The position numbers and the translations under genes are program-made. A stretch of 64,000 bases of DNA. Source: an uncultured Clostridia bacterium (lineage in GTDB: Bacteria > Bacillota > Clostridia > Christensenellales > CAG-917). A model generated the notes under the pieces. It ran no database searches and was not told where the DNA came from. It saw only the letters and a program-made list of their open reading frames with translations. Positions 10,119-19,475 of the stretch are shown piece after piece. Position 1 is the first letter of the stretch; every line of letters begins with the position of its first letter. Location: the NCBI GenBank assembly GCA_944372795.1, contig CALWAF010000001.1, positions 64,390 through 128,389 of the forward strand. Reading direction: 5' to 3'.

Positions 10119-11807
10119 ATGAAAAAAAGCAAGATCACTCTTTTGACCGCCGCGGCGCTGGTGCTTGTGCTCGCCTGCGGCATTCTGCTTGCCGCCTGCA
10201 ACGACAACGGCGGGAAGATAGGTTCCATGGGCGTCGAACCCTTCCCTGACACATTCACCAACGACATTGACACCGTGGACTCCGAAAATCTGGCGGTAGG
10301 CGCCTCGGTCACCGCAGCGAGCGGCGGGGACGCGTCCGCCGTCCTCGACGGCGACAAGACCACGGCATGGACTGCGGCGGAGACTTCGGGTCAGTGGCTG
10401 GAGATCGCCTTGTCCTCTCCTGCGGACATCAACACCGTGGTCATCCGCGAGAACGGCAACTTCATCTCCGGCTTCGGCTTTGTCCTCCCCGACGAGGACG
10501 GCGTCTATCCCGAAGACATGGTTTCCGCCTCCTTCTACCGTCAGCAGGACAGGATAGAACGCTATCGCTACTGCACCTTCGCGACGCAGGAGGACGTCAC
10601 CGAGTTCCGCATCTGGTTCGGCGGGACGGACGCGGGCAAGAGCCTCTCGATCGCCGAGGTGGAGATATACAACGTCGCGCCCAAGGAATATGACGGCGAT
10701 TTCCGCGTCTTCAACTACTACACCCCGCAGGATCTGCAATATATGGAGCAAGCCGACCTCCTCGAGGACTTCGAGAGCGACACCATCACGGACGTCATCC
10801 TCATCTCCCTCGCCTTCTGGATGGAGGACGGCAGCATCGTGTATGCCGAGGATCCCGACCTCTACGACACCTCCGACCCGAACTACGATCCCGAACGCGA
10901 TCAGTTCCGTTTCGTGGGCGATCACGAGGACCCCGACGGCTACTATAACGCCGCAATCCAAAAGGTGCACGACGCCATCGCCGCGCACGTCGCGAGAGGT
11001 GGCAGGGACATCAACATCTGCATAGATTTTTATCCCAAGATCGTAACGCAGAACGGACTGCCCGCCAACGAGGACGCCCTCGTTGAAAGCATACACACCC
11101 TCATCGTCGAGGACGACCGCGTGGACGGCATCGACATCGACTGGGAGTATCCCACCGGCGTCTCCGAATGGAAGGCATACGGCGATATGCTGGTCGCGGT
11201 GGACGAGGACTTCGACGCCTCGGGCAAGAACAAATATATCTCCCTCGCCCTCTCCGCCGACAACGTGCGCCTGACGCAGGAACAGGTGGACGCCATCGAC
11301 TTCGTACAGATGATGGCTTACGACCGCTTCGACATCGTGGACGGCAACCACTCCTCATTCCGCAGCGGTGCCTATTCCTCCATGCGCTACTTCGTCAATC
11401 TCGGCTTCGAGCCCTCGCAGCTGGTGCTGGGCACCCCCCTCTACGGACGCCCCAACACTTGGGACACCATATGGACCAACTACGGCTACGGCAGCGAAGT
11501 CTGGTCTACGCAGGACAAGGCGCCTTACACCTATTGGGACAACGTGCAGTGGCTTTATTTCGACGGCAAAAACACCGATGGCGAACAGTATGACGGCTCC
11601 GTGCTCACGCAGGTGTGGGTGAACGGCGCCGCCCTCATCGCCGACAAGACGGCGTACATCATCGAACAGGGCTTCGCCGGCATCATGCTGTGGAGAGAGT
11701 CCACCGACTTCGCTTGGGATGACGTCGACGTCAACGGCATGCCTCGCTCGGGGCTTCGCGCCATACACGACACGGCATCGGCTAGAATAGTCGGATACGG
11801 AGAATGA
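10119..11807 (+). CDS. Lipoprotein with discoidin-like N-terminal domain and GH18 domain (copy 2)
   Basis: 562 aa; paralog of 7514..9037; canonical GH18 motif DGIDIDWEYP. Confidence 0.85.
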   Translation: MKKSKITLLTAAALVLVLACGILLAACNDNGGKIGSMGVEPFPDTFTNDIDTVDSENLAVGASVTAASGGDASAVLDGDKTTAWTAAETSGQWLEIALSSPADINTVVIRENGNFISGFGFVLPDEDGVYPEDMVSASFYRQQDRIERYRYCTFATQEDVTEFRIWFGGTDAGKSLSIAEVEIYNVAPKEYDGDFRVFNYYTPQDLQYMEQADLLEDFESDTITDVILISLAFWMEDGSIVYAEDPDLYDTSDPNYDPERDQFRFVGDHEDPDGYYNAAIQKVHDAIAAHVARGGRDINICIDFYPKIVTQNGLPANEDALVESIHTLIVEDDRVDGIDIDWEYPTGVSEWKAYGDMLVAVDEDFDASGKNKYISLALSADNVRLTQEQVDAIDFVQMMAYDRFDIVDGNHSSFRSGAYSSMRYFVNLGFEPSQLVLGTPLYGRPNTWDTIWTNYGYGSEVWSTQDKAPYTYWDNVQWLYFDGKNTDGEQYDGSVLTQVWVNGAALIADKTAYIIEQGFAGIMLWRESTDFAWDDVDVNGMPRSGLRAIHDTASARIVGYGE

Positions 11808-11820
11808 GGAGGTAAACGCT

Positions 11821-12765
11821 ATGAAACGCACACTTAAACTGCTTGTTGTGACATCTCTGCTGCTTTTGAGCCTTGTCGGTTCCCTTCTCGCTCTCACCGC
11901 CTGCGACGAGGATCTTGTCACCCGATACGCCGCCGCAAAGGACGCATGGGATAAGGCGGAATACAAGATGAGCACGGATACGGGCGTCATCGACGCCACT
12001 CTCGGTAGCGGCGAGAATGCCCTGCCCGTCACTCTCACGCTCTCGGGCAAACGCGTGTATCTGGGCGACACCATGCGCATGGATTACAGCGTCAAACTGA
12101 CGGGCATCGAGGACATCGCGGGCGGCACGTTCGGTTCTGTTGTCGAAGACGGTCTCGATGCCGACATCACCGTCATAAAGGAGGCGGACGGCGTCTACAC
12201 CCTGAACGGGCTCATAATGGGACTCCCGCTCCTCAACGCCACTTTCACCGAGAGTGCGATGAAGGACACCATCCCCGTGCTCGACTTCGCGGCTGCCACA
12301 TTCTATGACCCAGAGGCGCTCTCCGGCAGCGGCAGCTCCTACACCATCCCCGGCGACACTTCTCTCACATGGATCCTCGATCAGGTCGCGCCCATCCTCG
12401 CATATGACGCGGGCTACGACATCATGCCCATGATCTACGACTGGATCGACTTCGGCGACGTGACCGGCTCCGTGACCTTTTCGGACGGCAACTTCGCCGC
12501 AATGACCACCTCGCAGGACATCACGGCGTTCATGCCTTATGAAGACGCTGAATTCCTCGCCTACAACGTGGAATTCTTCCCGAGGATACTCTTCAATCTC
12601 ATCGAGAACAAGACTATCGACATCAACGGACTCATCACCCTCGACTTCTCCGACGCCATCGGCGAGGAAGGCATCCGCATCGAGGGCAACGTATCCACTT
12701 CCGCACAGTACACGCTGCTGTCTGCGGACACCACATTCGAGGATATTTTCGGCGACAACATCTGA
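11821..12765 (+). CDS. Companion lipoprotein of unknown function (copy 2)
   Basis: 314 aa; paralog of 9045..10019; lipobox LTAC. Confidence 0.75.
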   Translation: MKRTLKLLVVTSLLLLSLVGSLLALTACDEDLVTRYAAAKDAWDKAEYKMSTDTGVIDATLGSGENALPVTLTLSGKRVYLGDTMRMDYSVKLTGIEDIAGGTFGSVVEDGLDADITVIKEADGVYTLNGLIMGLPLLNATFTESAMKDTIPVLDFAAATFYDPEALSGSGSSYTIPGDTSLTWILDQVAPILAYDAGYDIMPMIYDWIDFGDVTGSVTFSDGNFAAMTTSQDITAFMPYEDAEFLAYNVEFFPRILFNLIENKTIDINGLITLDFSDAIGEEGIRIEGNVSTSAQYTLLSADTTFEDIFGDNI

Positions 12766-12783
12766 CCGATATCTTCTTTACGC

Positions 12784-12815
12784 AAACCGCTCCTTCGGCA
12801 AGGGGCGGTTTTTCG
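12784..12815 (+). terminator. Intrinsic terminator
   Basis: AAACCGCTCCTTCGGCAAGGGGCGGTTTTTC. Confidence 0.7.
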
Positions 12816-12852
12816 TCCCCCGAAACGGGGAAAACACAGGGATGCGTGAGCC

Positions 12853-13872
12853 GTGCTCTGCGGCGACACGAGCAAGATCATTAGAAAAAATTCCGAAAAA
12901 GGACGCAAATTCCGTCTGCTGGGCAGAAACAGGGCGGAGGACGAGACCCCGAGCATCCTCTTCAAGGATGCCGCCGCGCTCTACATCGAGTTTTCAACGG
13001 CGGCGACCGCAGCGGAGACTGCCATAAAACGTATGCGCATCTTTGTGCAATTCTTCCTTCCCGCTTTCGGCGAGAGGAACATCGCCTCCATAACTTCCGC
13101 CGACATCTACAGGTGGTTCGACGCCCTTCTCACCGCAAACAAGCCGGGAGGCGGCACCTACGCTCCGCGCACCCTTCACTCCATCTGGGGGCAGTTGCAC
13201 ACATTCTTCGGCTGGTGCTCCATGCGCTACGCCGTCCCGAACCCGATGTCAGCCGCAAGGATGCCGCGTACACCGCCCACCGAACGTAACGTTTCTTTCT
13301 GGGAAGTGACGCAGTTCCGCGCCTTCATCGACCACGTGGACGACGTCACTTGGCGCACGTTTTTCACCTTTCAGTACTACACCGGCTGCCGCATAAGCGA
13401 GACCCTCGCATTGCAGGAAAAGGACTACACGGACGACGCCGTCAGAGTGGATAAGAGCCTTTCCAAACGCACGCTCACCGACGACTTTTTCGAGAACAAA
13501 TCCACCAAGACGGGCAAGCGGCGCACCGTCCCCCTCCCCCGCCTCTTGCAGCGCTCCCTCGACGAGTACATCGCATGGAAACGCGCGGGCGGCATCCCCG
13601 ACGCCTTCCTCTTCTGCAACGAGCGCGGTGAACACCTCCCCCACAGCACCATCCGCCGCCGCTTCGACTTCTACACCGAGGCGGCAGGGCTCCCGCGCAT
13701 CAAGATCCACGACCTACGCCACTCCTACGTCTCCCTGCTCATCCACAAGGGCGCGAACCTTGCCGTCATCGCCTCCCTCATCGGCGACTCCTTCGAGCAG
13801 GTCACCAACACCTACGGGCACATGTACGAGAGCGACAAGATCAACGCCGTCCGCCTCCTCGACCGCGACTGA
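12853..13872 (+). CDS. Tyrosine recombinase / phage-type integrase
   Basis: SAM-like N-terminal domain; catalytic pattern TGCRISE, HDLRHS, and TNTYGHMY; exact start uncertain. Confidence 0.85.
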   Translation: MLCGDTSKIIRKNSEKGRKFRLLGRNRAEDETPSILFKDAAALYIEFSTAATAAETAIKRMRIFVQFFLPAFGERNIASITSADIYRWFDALLTANKPGGGTYAPRTLHSIWGQLHTFFGWCSMRYAVPNPMSAARMPRTPPTERNVSFWEVTQFRAFIDHVDDVTWRTFFTFQYYTGCRISETLALQEKDYTDDAVRVDKSLSKRTLTDDFFENKSTKTGKRRTVPLPRLLQRSLDEYIAWKRAGGIPDAFLFCNERGEHLPHSTIRRRFDFYTEAAGLPRIKIHDLRHSYVSLLIHKGANLAVIASLIGDSFEQVTNTYGHMYESDKINAVRLLDRD

Positions 13873-13886
13873 CCCCGCAGACTACA

Positions 13887-13907
13887 AAAACGCCCCTTTG
13901 GGGGCGC
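13887..13907 (-). terminator. Intrinsic terminator
   Basis: Reverse strand GCGCCCCCAAAGGGGCGTTTTTG just after the stop of 13919..14296. Confidence 0.55.
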
Positions 13908-13918
13908 CGATTTTCGGG

Positions 13919-14296
13919 TCACGCGAGGTTGGTTGCAAGCCCGCTTCTCGCTTCCGCGGCGCGCTTGTTCTCTGCGCGGCGCTGTTTTGCGCGCTCCCGT
14001 TCCAATCTGCGGCAATACGCCTCGTCGCGCGGCAGCACCGTGATGAGCAGCGCCTCTTCAAAGACAAAAAGATAGTCCCTGTACAGCACCACGTCCCTGC
14101 CAGCATACTCCTCGGCGAACGCCTCCGCCGCCTCTTCCCTGCGCCCGAGATAGGCGTCTGCCGCCGCTCCCGCCTCTCCGCGATGTACGCCGAGACGCCA
14201 CGCACACTCCGCAAAAGCCATGCGCTTCTCCGCGCTCTTCATCCTCGGCACGCGCTCCTTGATCCTCTTGTCCGCATGTTTCGTGATCGCTATCAT
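13919..14296 (-). CDS. Small hypothetical protein
   Basis: Start ATG 14296 preceded by AAGGAGG; MIAITKHADKRIKERVPRMKSAEKRMAFAECAWRLG... Confidence 0.55.
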   Translation of the reverse strand: MIAITKHADKRIKERVPRMKSAEKRMAFAECAWRLGVHRGEAGAAADAYLGRREEAAEAFAEEYAGRDVVLYRDYLFVFEEALLITVLPRDEAYCRRLERERAKQRRAENKRAAEARSGLATNLA

Positions 14297-14876
14297 CTTG
14301 TTTTCCTCCTTGTCATATATCTCTCGCGGCTCTCGCCGCCATTTCCTCGCCCGCGCCATAATTTCACGGCACTCGCTCCGCCGCCTGCTACTCGCCCTTC
14401 GCGACGCCCGACGCCCCTTTTCTTCGTCCGCATTATTCATCCGTTTACCAACGCACTTTCTCTTGCCACTGCCGTCGCCCTTTGCCGCCTTCCGCGCGGA
14501 GACGATATCTTCCTCTCCCGCATCCGTCACAAGCTGTATTCACTTAAAGTACCCCAACAGCGCTTTGAAGAAAAAGTACACTACAAATATCACAAACAGA
14601 ATGCCGACCATGATCCGCTCTTTTAGACGCCCCGCGTCTTTCGAGGCAGTTTTCTCCCCACCTCGATCATATCCTACCACACCTTACGCACCAAAAACGT
14701 CCCACAACCCACCGCCTCGCACAAATTTTTCTTCATCCCCCACCGACGAAATAAAACCGCCTCCCATCCATCCGCCGTATGAAATGATCTCAACGCGTAA
14801 ATGTCGCAAGATCTGTCACACCCCGTTGGAAAAGATGCGGAAAGCTACGAAACTTTGCGCAAAACACTTATAATAA

Positions 14877-14899
14877 AGCACCCCGCAGTGCGGGGTGCT
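14877..14899 (-). terminator. Intrinsic terminator hairpin
   Basis: Reverse strand AGCACCCCGCACTGCGGGGTGCTTTATT downstream of 14935..15579. Confidence 0.55.
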
Positions 14900-14934
14900 T
14901 GGGTCGTGGTTGGTTGGCGGGGTGACGTCGGGTG

Positions 14935-15579
14935 TCAGTCCTTGGCGGAGGGGGCGGGGGCGCCGCATTCGGAGCAGAAATTGGCGGTGGATGAGAGAGG
15001 GGCGCCGCATTCGGGACAGGCGGGCGCGGGATCTTCCGCGGGGTTTGCGGGTGGCGCAGCCTGTGCGGGCGGAGTGTCCTGTGCAAGCGGAGCGGTCTGC
15101 CCTGCCTGTCTGAACATTGCAGCCTCGTTTGCCGCGTAAAGCTCTGCCGCCTTTTTCATGGCTGCGGGCATATCGGAGGGGCTGACGCCGGCTGTCGCTG
15201 CCGCAACGGGGCTGAAAAGCGCGGCGTAGCTGCGGATCGCTTCCTCTTCCGAGAGCTCCACGCCGTCCTTGACCAGCACCGTATCCGCGACGAGTCGATA
15301 GCCTTTGAGGTTGCCCGTCTCGATGAGTTTCCGTGCCGCATCCGCAGCGTTGGACGCATAGCCGAACACGGTGATAAGAGGGACGATGTCGCGCATGGAG
15401 ATCATGTCCACGATCCTGCAAAGCTGTGCGCATACGCCATACTTCTGCATCACGATCATCGTGGGCACGGCGGGGATGATGAGCAGACTGAACTGGAAAA
15501 GGATCTTGTAGGTCTTCTCCAATTTTTTGCATCTGCCTTTGAGGTCCGGGACGATATTCTTGAGGTTTATGGTGTTCAT
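14935..15579 (-). CDS. Membrane protein with C-terminal zinc-ribbon, paralog of 2727..3374
   Basis: Start at MNTINLKNIV (GGAGG upstream); ends CPECGAPLSSTANFCSECGAPAPSAKD. Confidence 0.65.
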   Translation of the reverse strand: MNTINLKNIVPDLKGRCKKLEKTYKILFQFSLLIIPAVPTMIVMQKYGVCAQLCRIVDMISMRDIVPLITVFGYASNAADAARKLIETGNLKGYRLVADTVLVKDGVELSEEEAIRSYAALFSPVAAATAGVSPSDMPAAMKKAAELYAANEAAMFRQAGQTAPLAQDTPPAQAAPPANPAEDPAPACPECGAPLSSTANFCSECGAPAPSAKD

Positions 15580-15705
15580 GGCATCCTCCGAAATCATGAT
15601 AACACACTTCCCGCCGCCTGTCACCCCCGTCTTTTCTCCCGAAAGGCGAAGCGAACGCATATGCGTCCGCCTTGCCGTCTTTTTAGCACCCCTTCCCGAA
15701 AGCGG

Positions 15706-16203
15706 TCAGTTGTAAGGGATTATCTTGACGTCGCCCGCCGTGAACTCCGTCTCGGAGCGGATGATGTCGTAGATCTGCGCCGCCTGTTCGGCGGTGAGCT
15801 CCGCGGCTCCCACGACGACGTTCACTCCGCTGTCGCTCATGGTGACGATGGCATCATCGAAGCCCTTCGCCTTGACGAGAGCCTCCAGCTGGAGCTCCGA
15901 CTCCATGCGCTCGACGAGCCCGAGTTTCTGTTCCTCCGCCGCCGTCTTCGCCTCTGCGGAGCTGGTCTCGGAGGTGATTATGGCGTCGAGATAGAGGAAT
16001 TCGGACTCTCTCGCCGCTTCTCTGTCACTGCGATAGGCGGCAAAGAAGGTCTCGGTCACGACGCCGGCGTCGATGGGATCGGACGTCGTCAGCCTATCGT
16101 TGAGCGCCCAGTTGAGCACACCGGTTGCGACGAGCAGAGCGACCATCACCGACAACACTAGGATCTTCTTGGTTCTGGGTTTTATTTTCATACTGTCCTC
16201 CAT
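15706..16203 (-). CDS. spoIIIAH: Stage III sporulation protein AH
   Basis: 165 aa; one N-terminal TM, EFLYLDAIITSE...AEEQKLGLVERMESELQLEALVKAKGFDDAIVTMSD is SpoIIIAH-like; position in operon. Confidence 0.9.
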   Translation of the reverse strand: MEDSMKIKPRTKKILVLSVMVALLVATGVLNWALNDRLTTSDPIDAGVVTETFFAAYRSDREAARESEFLYLDAIITSETSSAEAKTAAEEQKLGLVERMESELQLEALVKAKGFDDAIVTMSDSGVNVVVGAAELTAEQAAQIYDIIRSETEFTAGDVKIIPYN

Positions 16204-16206
16204 GAC

Positions 16207-16626
16207 TCATTTCATTGCGTAGACATTGACGATATTTTTGTCCACGCCCATTGCCGTTGTCACCGCCGAAAGGAGCCTGAGCCTCACGGCTATATCCTCC
16301 GCGCCCTCCGCGATCACGATGACGCCGATCACTCTTTCCTCGTCGTCGCGCGTGATCATGGTCTCCACCCTGCCCACACCTTCGAGCTCGCGCAGTACGG
16401 ATGCGAGGCGGCTTTCGTCGGGATCCGCGACGGAGGAAGACACCTCTCCGTCCCCCGCGCCGAGGGCGTTCTCGGTCGCCACGGTAGAATATATGAGCAG
16501 GGCGATGGCGATTATGAATGTCGCGGCGATGAGACGGATGTTTTTTATCCCTTTCAGCTTTTTCACCACGGAAGAACCTTTGATCCTGTCCGCAAATCCC
16601 GTGTGTCTCTCGTCACGCACTTCCAC
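16207..16626 (-). CDS. spoIIIAG: Stage III sporulation protein AG
   Basis: TM followed by ESRLASVLRELEGVGRVETMITRDDEERVIGVIVIAEGAEDIAVRLRLLSAVTTAMGVDKNIVNVYAMK. Confidence 0.9.
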   Translation of the reverse strand: MEVRDERHTGFADRIKGSSVVKKLKGIKNIRLIAATFIIAIALLIYSTVATENALGAGDGEVSSSVADPDESRLASVLRELEGVGRVETMITRDDEERVIGVIVIAEGAEDIAVRLRLLSAVTTAMGVDKNIVNVYAMK

Positions 16627-17107
16627 TCTTCACTCCTCCCGCCGCAGTGACGTGCACCGCGCATCCCGCCGCGAACGACAGCTCCCTCACCGTCTTCTCC
16701 GCGCTCGATATATGTCTATTCCACTCCCCCTCTGGCAGAACCGAAAGATCCAAAACGATGTTTATCTCGTCGATTTCCGACACAGAACCCTCTTTTATGA
16801 CAATTTCCGCATCGGCATCATATCCCTCGTCTTTGAGGGCGTCCTCCACGCGCAGAGCGCATTCTCTCGCCCACTCCGCCGCAGTCTCGTCCACGAATCC
16901 GTAATCGGGCGCGAGGTCGGAATAGGTGGGCTCCCAATTTTTAAGAGCGCGTATCACGCCGGGCAGCGGCGACACCACCACGAATATCACCAGCAGCGAA
17001 AATGCTCCTTTGACGTACTTCCCCGTCTGCCCCTCCGGCAGCAAGATCTCGAGCAGCACCCCCAGCGCTATAACTCCCGCGATCGCGGTCATCCACGCAG
17101 TCAGCAT
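16613..17107 (-). CDS. spoIIIAF: Stage III sporulation protein AF
   Basis: 164 aa; two N-terminal TMs, LLEILLPEGQTGKYVKGAFSLLVIFVVVSPL. Confidence 0.88.
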   Translation of the reverse strand: MLTAWMTAIAGVIALGVLLEILLPEGQTGKYVKGAFSLLVIFVVVSPLPGVIRALKNWEPTYSDLAPDYGFVDETAAEWARECALRVEDALKDEGYDADAEIVIKEGSVSEIDEINIVLDLSVLPEGEWNRHISSAEKTVRELSFAAGCAVHVTAAGGVKSGSA

Positions 17108-17108
17108 C

Positions 17109-18368
17109 TCACACCCCCGGATTGAAACTGCCGATGACCAGCATCAGCACCACAAAGAACATGAACCCCACCCCCACCAGCGCCGTCACCAGCAGCGTAC
17201 TGTTGTCCGCAAGCGCCGCAAGCACTTCGGACGTGCGCTTGTCTCCCATGGGTTCGGTGACCGCAGCGGCAAGGCGCAGGGCGAGTATGTAGGAGGCAAG
17301 ACGCACGAGCGGGAACAACACCACGGCAAGCAACACCGCCACTCCCGTCACTCCGACGGCGTTTTTCACCAGCACGAGGGAGGCGGTGACGAGGTCGAAT
17401 CCGTCCGATACGTAGCCGCCCAGAATGGGGACGTAGCTGGATACGGCGAATTTTGCCGCATTGAAGCTCAATCTGTCCGTGACGCCTCCCGCTATGCCCT
17501 GTGCGGTAAGAAAAGTGCCGAAGAGTCCGAACACGATGCCGACGAACCACCCCGCCCCCGATTTGAAGAGCTTGGCGAGTTTGCCGAGTTTCACGTTTTC
17601 GGAGACGTTCCCTACGACGGAGAGGACAAGCGCCGCGACGAACGCGGGCACGACGACGTGCTGCACCGCCTTGATGACCGTGCCCGAAAGCACCGCCATG
17701 AAAGGCTGATATACGGCGGCTCCGCTCGCGCCGCCCACCGCAGAAAGCAAGGTGAGTAGCACGGGGAATACGGCGTCCGAAAAGGATGCCAGCGCGTCCA
17801 CGGTGCGCGTCACCGACAGCACCACTCCGACAGCCCCCGAGGCAAGGATGACGATGACCGCCGAGTAGCACACGATGTGCACCACTTCTCCCGTGGACTT
17901 TCCCGAGAACCCGGAGGACATCCCCGCCAGCATACTCTTCAAAAGGCAGATGATCACGACGGAGAGAAGCCCCGGCAGAAAACCCAGAAAGTAGCTGCCG
18001 AACGCGGACAACAGCGCCGAGAGGAAGGAGCCGAAAAAATCGCGCGGTTCGCCGTCGGTGATGCTCTTGAGCGCGGAGGCGATGTCGTCTATCCCCACGG
18101 CAGCATACTCGTCCTCGCCTAGAGACGCGATGAAGTCGTCGAAGAGGTCGGTGTCCAGCCTGTCGATGACCCCGTCGACGCTGTCGGCGAGGTCCTCCGC
18201 GACGTTTTCCTGCGCGTCGGAGAGCGCGAGCGCGATCCCGCCGTTTGCGCATAACAAGGCGATGAATAGCAAAAATACGCAGATTAACACCGCAATTATG
18301 AAAATTCGCTCTTTTCGCCTCTTTCTCGCGAAACGTAGGCGGAGCGACGGAGCGAGTCCCGCGGTCAT
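17109..18368 (-). CDS. spoIIIAE: Stage III sporulation protein AE
   Basis: 419 aa polytopic protein; GIAGGVTDRLSFNAAKFAVSSYVPILGGYVSDGFDLV. Confidence 0.92.
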   Translation of the reverse strand: MTAGLAPSLRLRFARKRRKERIFIIAVLICVFLLFIALLCANGGIALALSDAQENVAEDLADSVDGVIDRLDTDLFDDFIASLGEDEYAAVGIDDIASALKSITDGEPRDFFGSFLSALLSAFGSYFLGFLPGLLSVVIICLLKSMLAGMSSGFSGKSTGEVVHIVCYSAVIVILASGAVGVVLSVTRTVDALASFSDAVFPVLLTLLSAVGGASGAAVYQPFMAVLSGTVIKAVQHVVVPAFVAALVLSVVGNVSENVKLGKLAKLFKSGAGWFVGIVFGLFGTFLTAQGIAGGVTDRLSFNAAKFAVSSYVPILGGYVSDGFDLVTASLVLVKNAVGVTGVAVLLAVVLFPLVRLASYILALRLAAAVTEPMGDKRTSEVLAALADNSTLLVTALVGVGFMFFVVLMLVIGSFNPGV

Positions 18369-18757
18369 ACCAACTCCATCAATCCGCCCACAACGTCAAC
18401 CAGCGCGGTGACGACGGATATGCTCATAAGGAAGATGACGATCTTCCCTCCCAACTGCAGCTTTTGTGCGACGGAGGCGCAGCCCGCGTCCGTGGCGACG
18501 GAGGCGCTGTATTCGGTGAGATAGCCTATGCCGATGATCTTGAGGACGGCGGAAAAGACGCGGTCGTCTATGCCGCTCTTTTGAACGAGTTCGTCAAAGG
18601 CGAGGATGGCGCTTTGCAGCGAGCTCAACAGTGTGATGACCATCACGATGCCCGTGCCTATCACCGCAAACGCCGCAAATTCGGGCTTCGCGGTGCGCAG
18701 TACGCTCACTGCCACGACACCGATGAGAGCTATACCGATAAGCTTGACCAACATCAT
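18365..18757 (-). CDS. spoIIIAD: Stage III sporulation protein AD
   Basis: 130 aa; KLIGIALIGVVAVSVL... LKIIGIGYLTEYSASVATDAG. Confidence 0.92.
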   Translation of the reverse strand: MMLVKLIGIALIGVVAVSVLRTAKPEFAAFAVIGTGIVMVITLLSSLQSAILAFDELVQKSGIDDRVFSAVLKIIGIGYLTEYSASVATDAGCASVAQKLQLGGKIVIFLMSISVVTALVDVVGGLMELV

Positions 18758-18951
18758 GTGAGCGAGAGGATGTTTTTCACGGTGTCGAAGAGCCCGCCCA
18801 CCATGTCCATCACCAGCACGATGACCACGATGAGCCCCGCGAGCGTGGCGAATGTCGCCATATCGTCGCGGTCGCTGCGCTTCAGGATGATGCAGACGAT
18901 GGCTGTGAGCAGCCCCACGCCCGCGATCTTGACAATGATATCGACCCCCAT
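18754..18951 (-). CDS. spoIIIAC: Stage III sporulation protein AC
   Basis: 65 aa; MGVDIIVKIAGVGLLTAIVCIILKRSDRDDMATFATLAGLIVVIVLVMDMVGGLFDTVKNIL. Confidence 0.93.
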   Translation of the reverse strand: MGVDIIVKIAGVGLLTAIVCIILKRSDRDDMATFATLAGLIVVIVLVMDMVGGLFDTVKNILSLT

Positions 18952-18962
18952 TTCACCTCCTC

Positions 18963-19475
18963 TTACGCCAGCATCACGATGAGCGCTATGCCGAGCAACA
19001 CGGCGAGCTTGAAGTACATGCCTCCGAGGCGTCTGCTCTCTTCGGCGCACTTTGCGCGTCTTGCGCCGAAGTCCTCCTTCCAACGCCCCGCGGCAGCCAG
19101 CTGATCGGAAAGCGGCGTGGTGCCGAGAGCGGAAAGGAATTCCCGCAACTTCTTCTTCTCATCGGGTTTCAGTTTCGCGCTTTCGGCGGCGGAGGCAGCG
19201 GCGCCCTCCTGCGTCCCGCCCAACGCGAGCGCGGCGGAAAAACGCTGCAACACTCCCGCGAACGCGCCCTTCCTGCCCTCCGCGAAACCCGCTATCGCCG
19301 CATTGAGCGGGGTCTTGCGGAAGCCGAGCTCGGAGGTCAGATAAGCGGCAAACGCCTCGGCGTCGGCAAAGAACTTCTCCCTCTCGATGTAGTGCCGCCT
19401 GATAAGCACCCCGCCGTAACAGCAGATAAGTGCGAGCAGCCCGCCCGCGACAAGCCGCAGTATGTCCGCCGTCAC
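18963..19475 (-). CDS. spoIIIAB: Stage III sporulation protein AB
   Basis: GTG start 19475 behind GGAG; LREFLSALGTTPLSDQ and RRLGGMYFKLAVLLGIALIVML. Confidence 0.85.
   Translation of the reverse strand: MTADILRLVAGGLLALICCYGGVLIRRHYIEREKFFADAEAFAAYLTSELGFRKTPLNAAIAGFAEGRKGAFAGVLQRFSAALALGGTQEGAAASAAESAKLKPDEKKKLREFLSALGTTPLSDQLAAAGRWKEDFGARRAKCAEESRRLGGMYFKLAVLLGIALIVMLA

Noticed and set aside
12853-14611. Prophage or integrative conjugative element
   Set aside because: Only an integrase and small ORFs; no structural, relaxase, portal or replication genes.
14220-14873. 217 aa plus-strand ORF after the integrase
   Set aside because: No SD, low-complexity Arg/Ser-rich content, overlaps an antisense ORF with a perfect SD.
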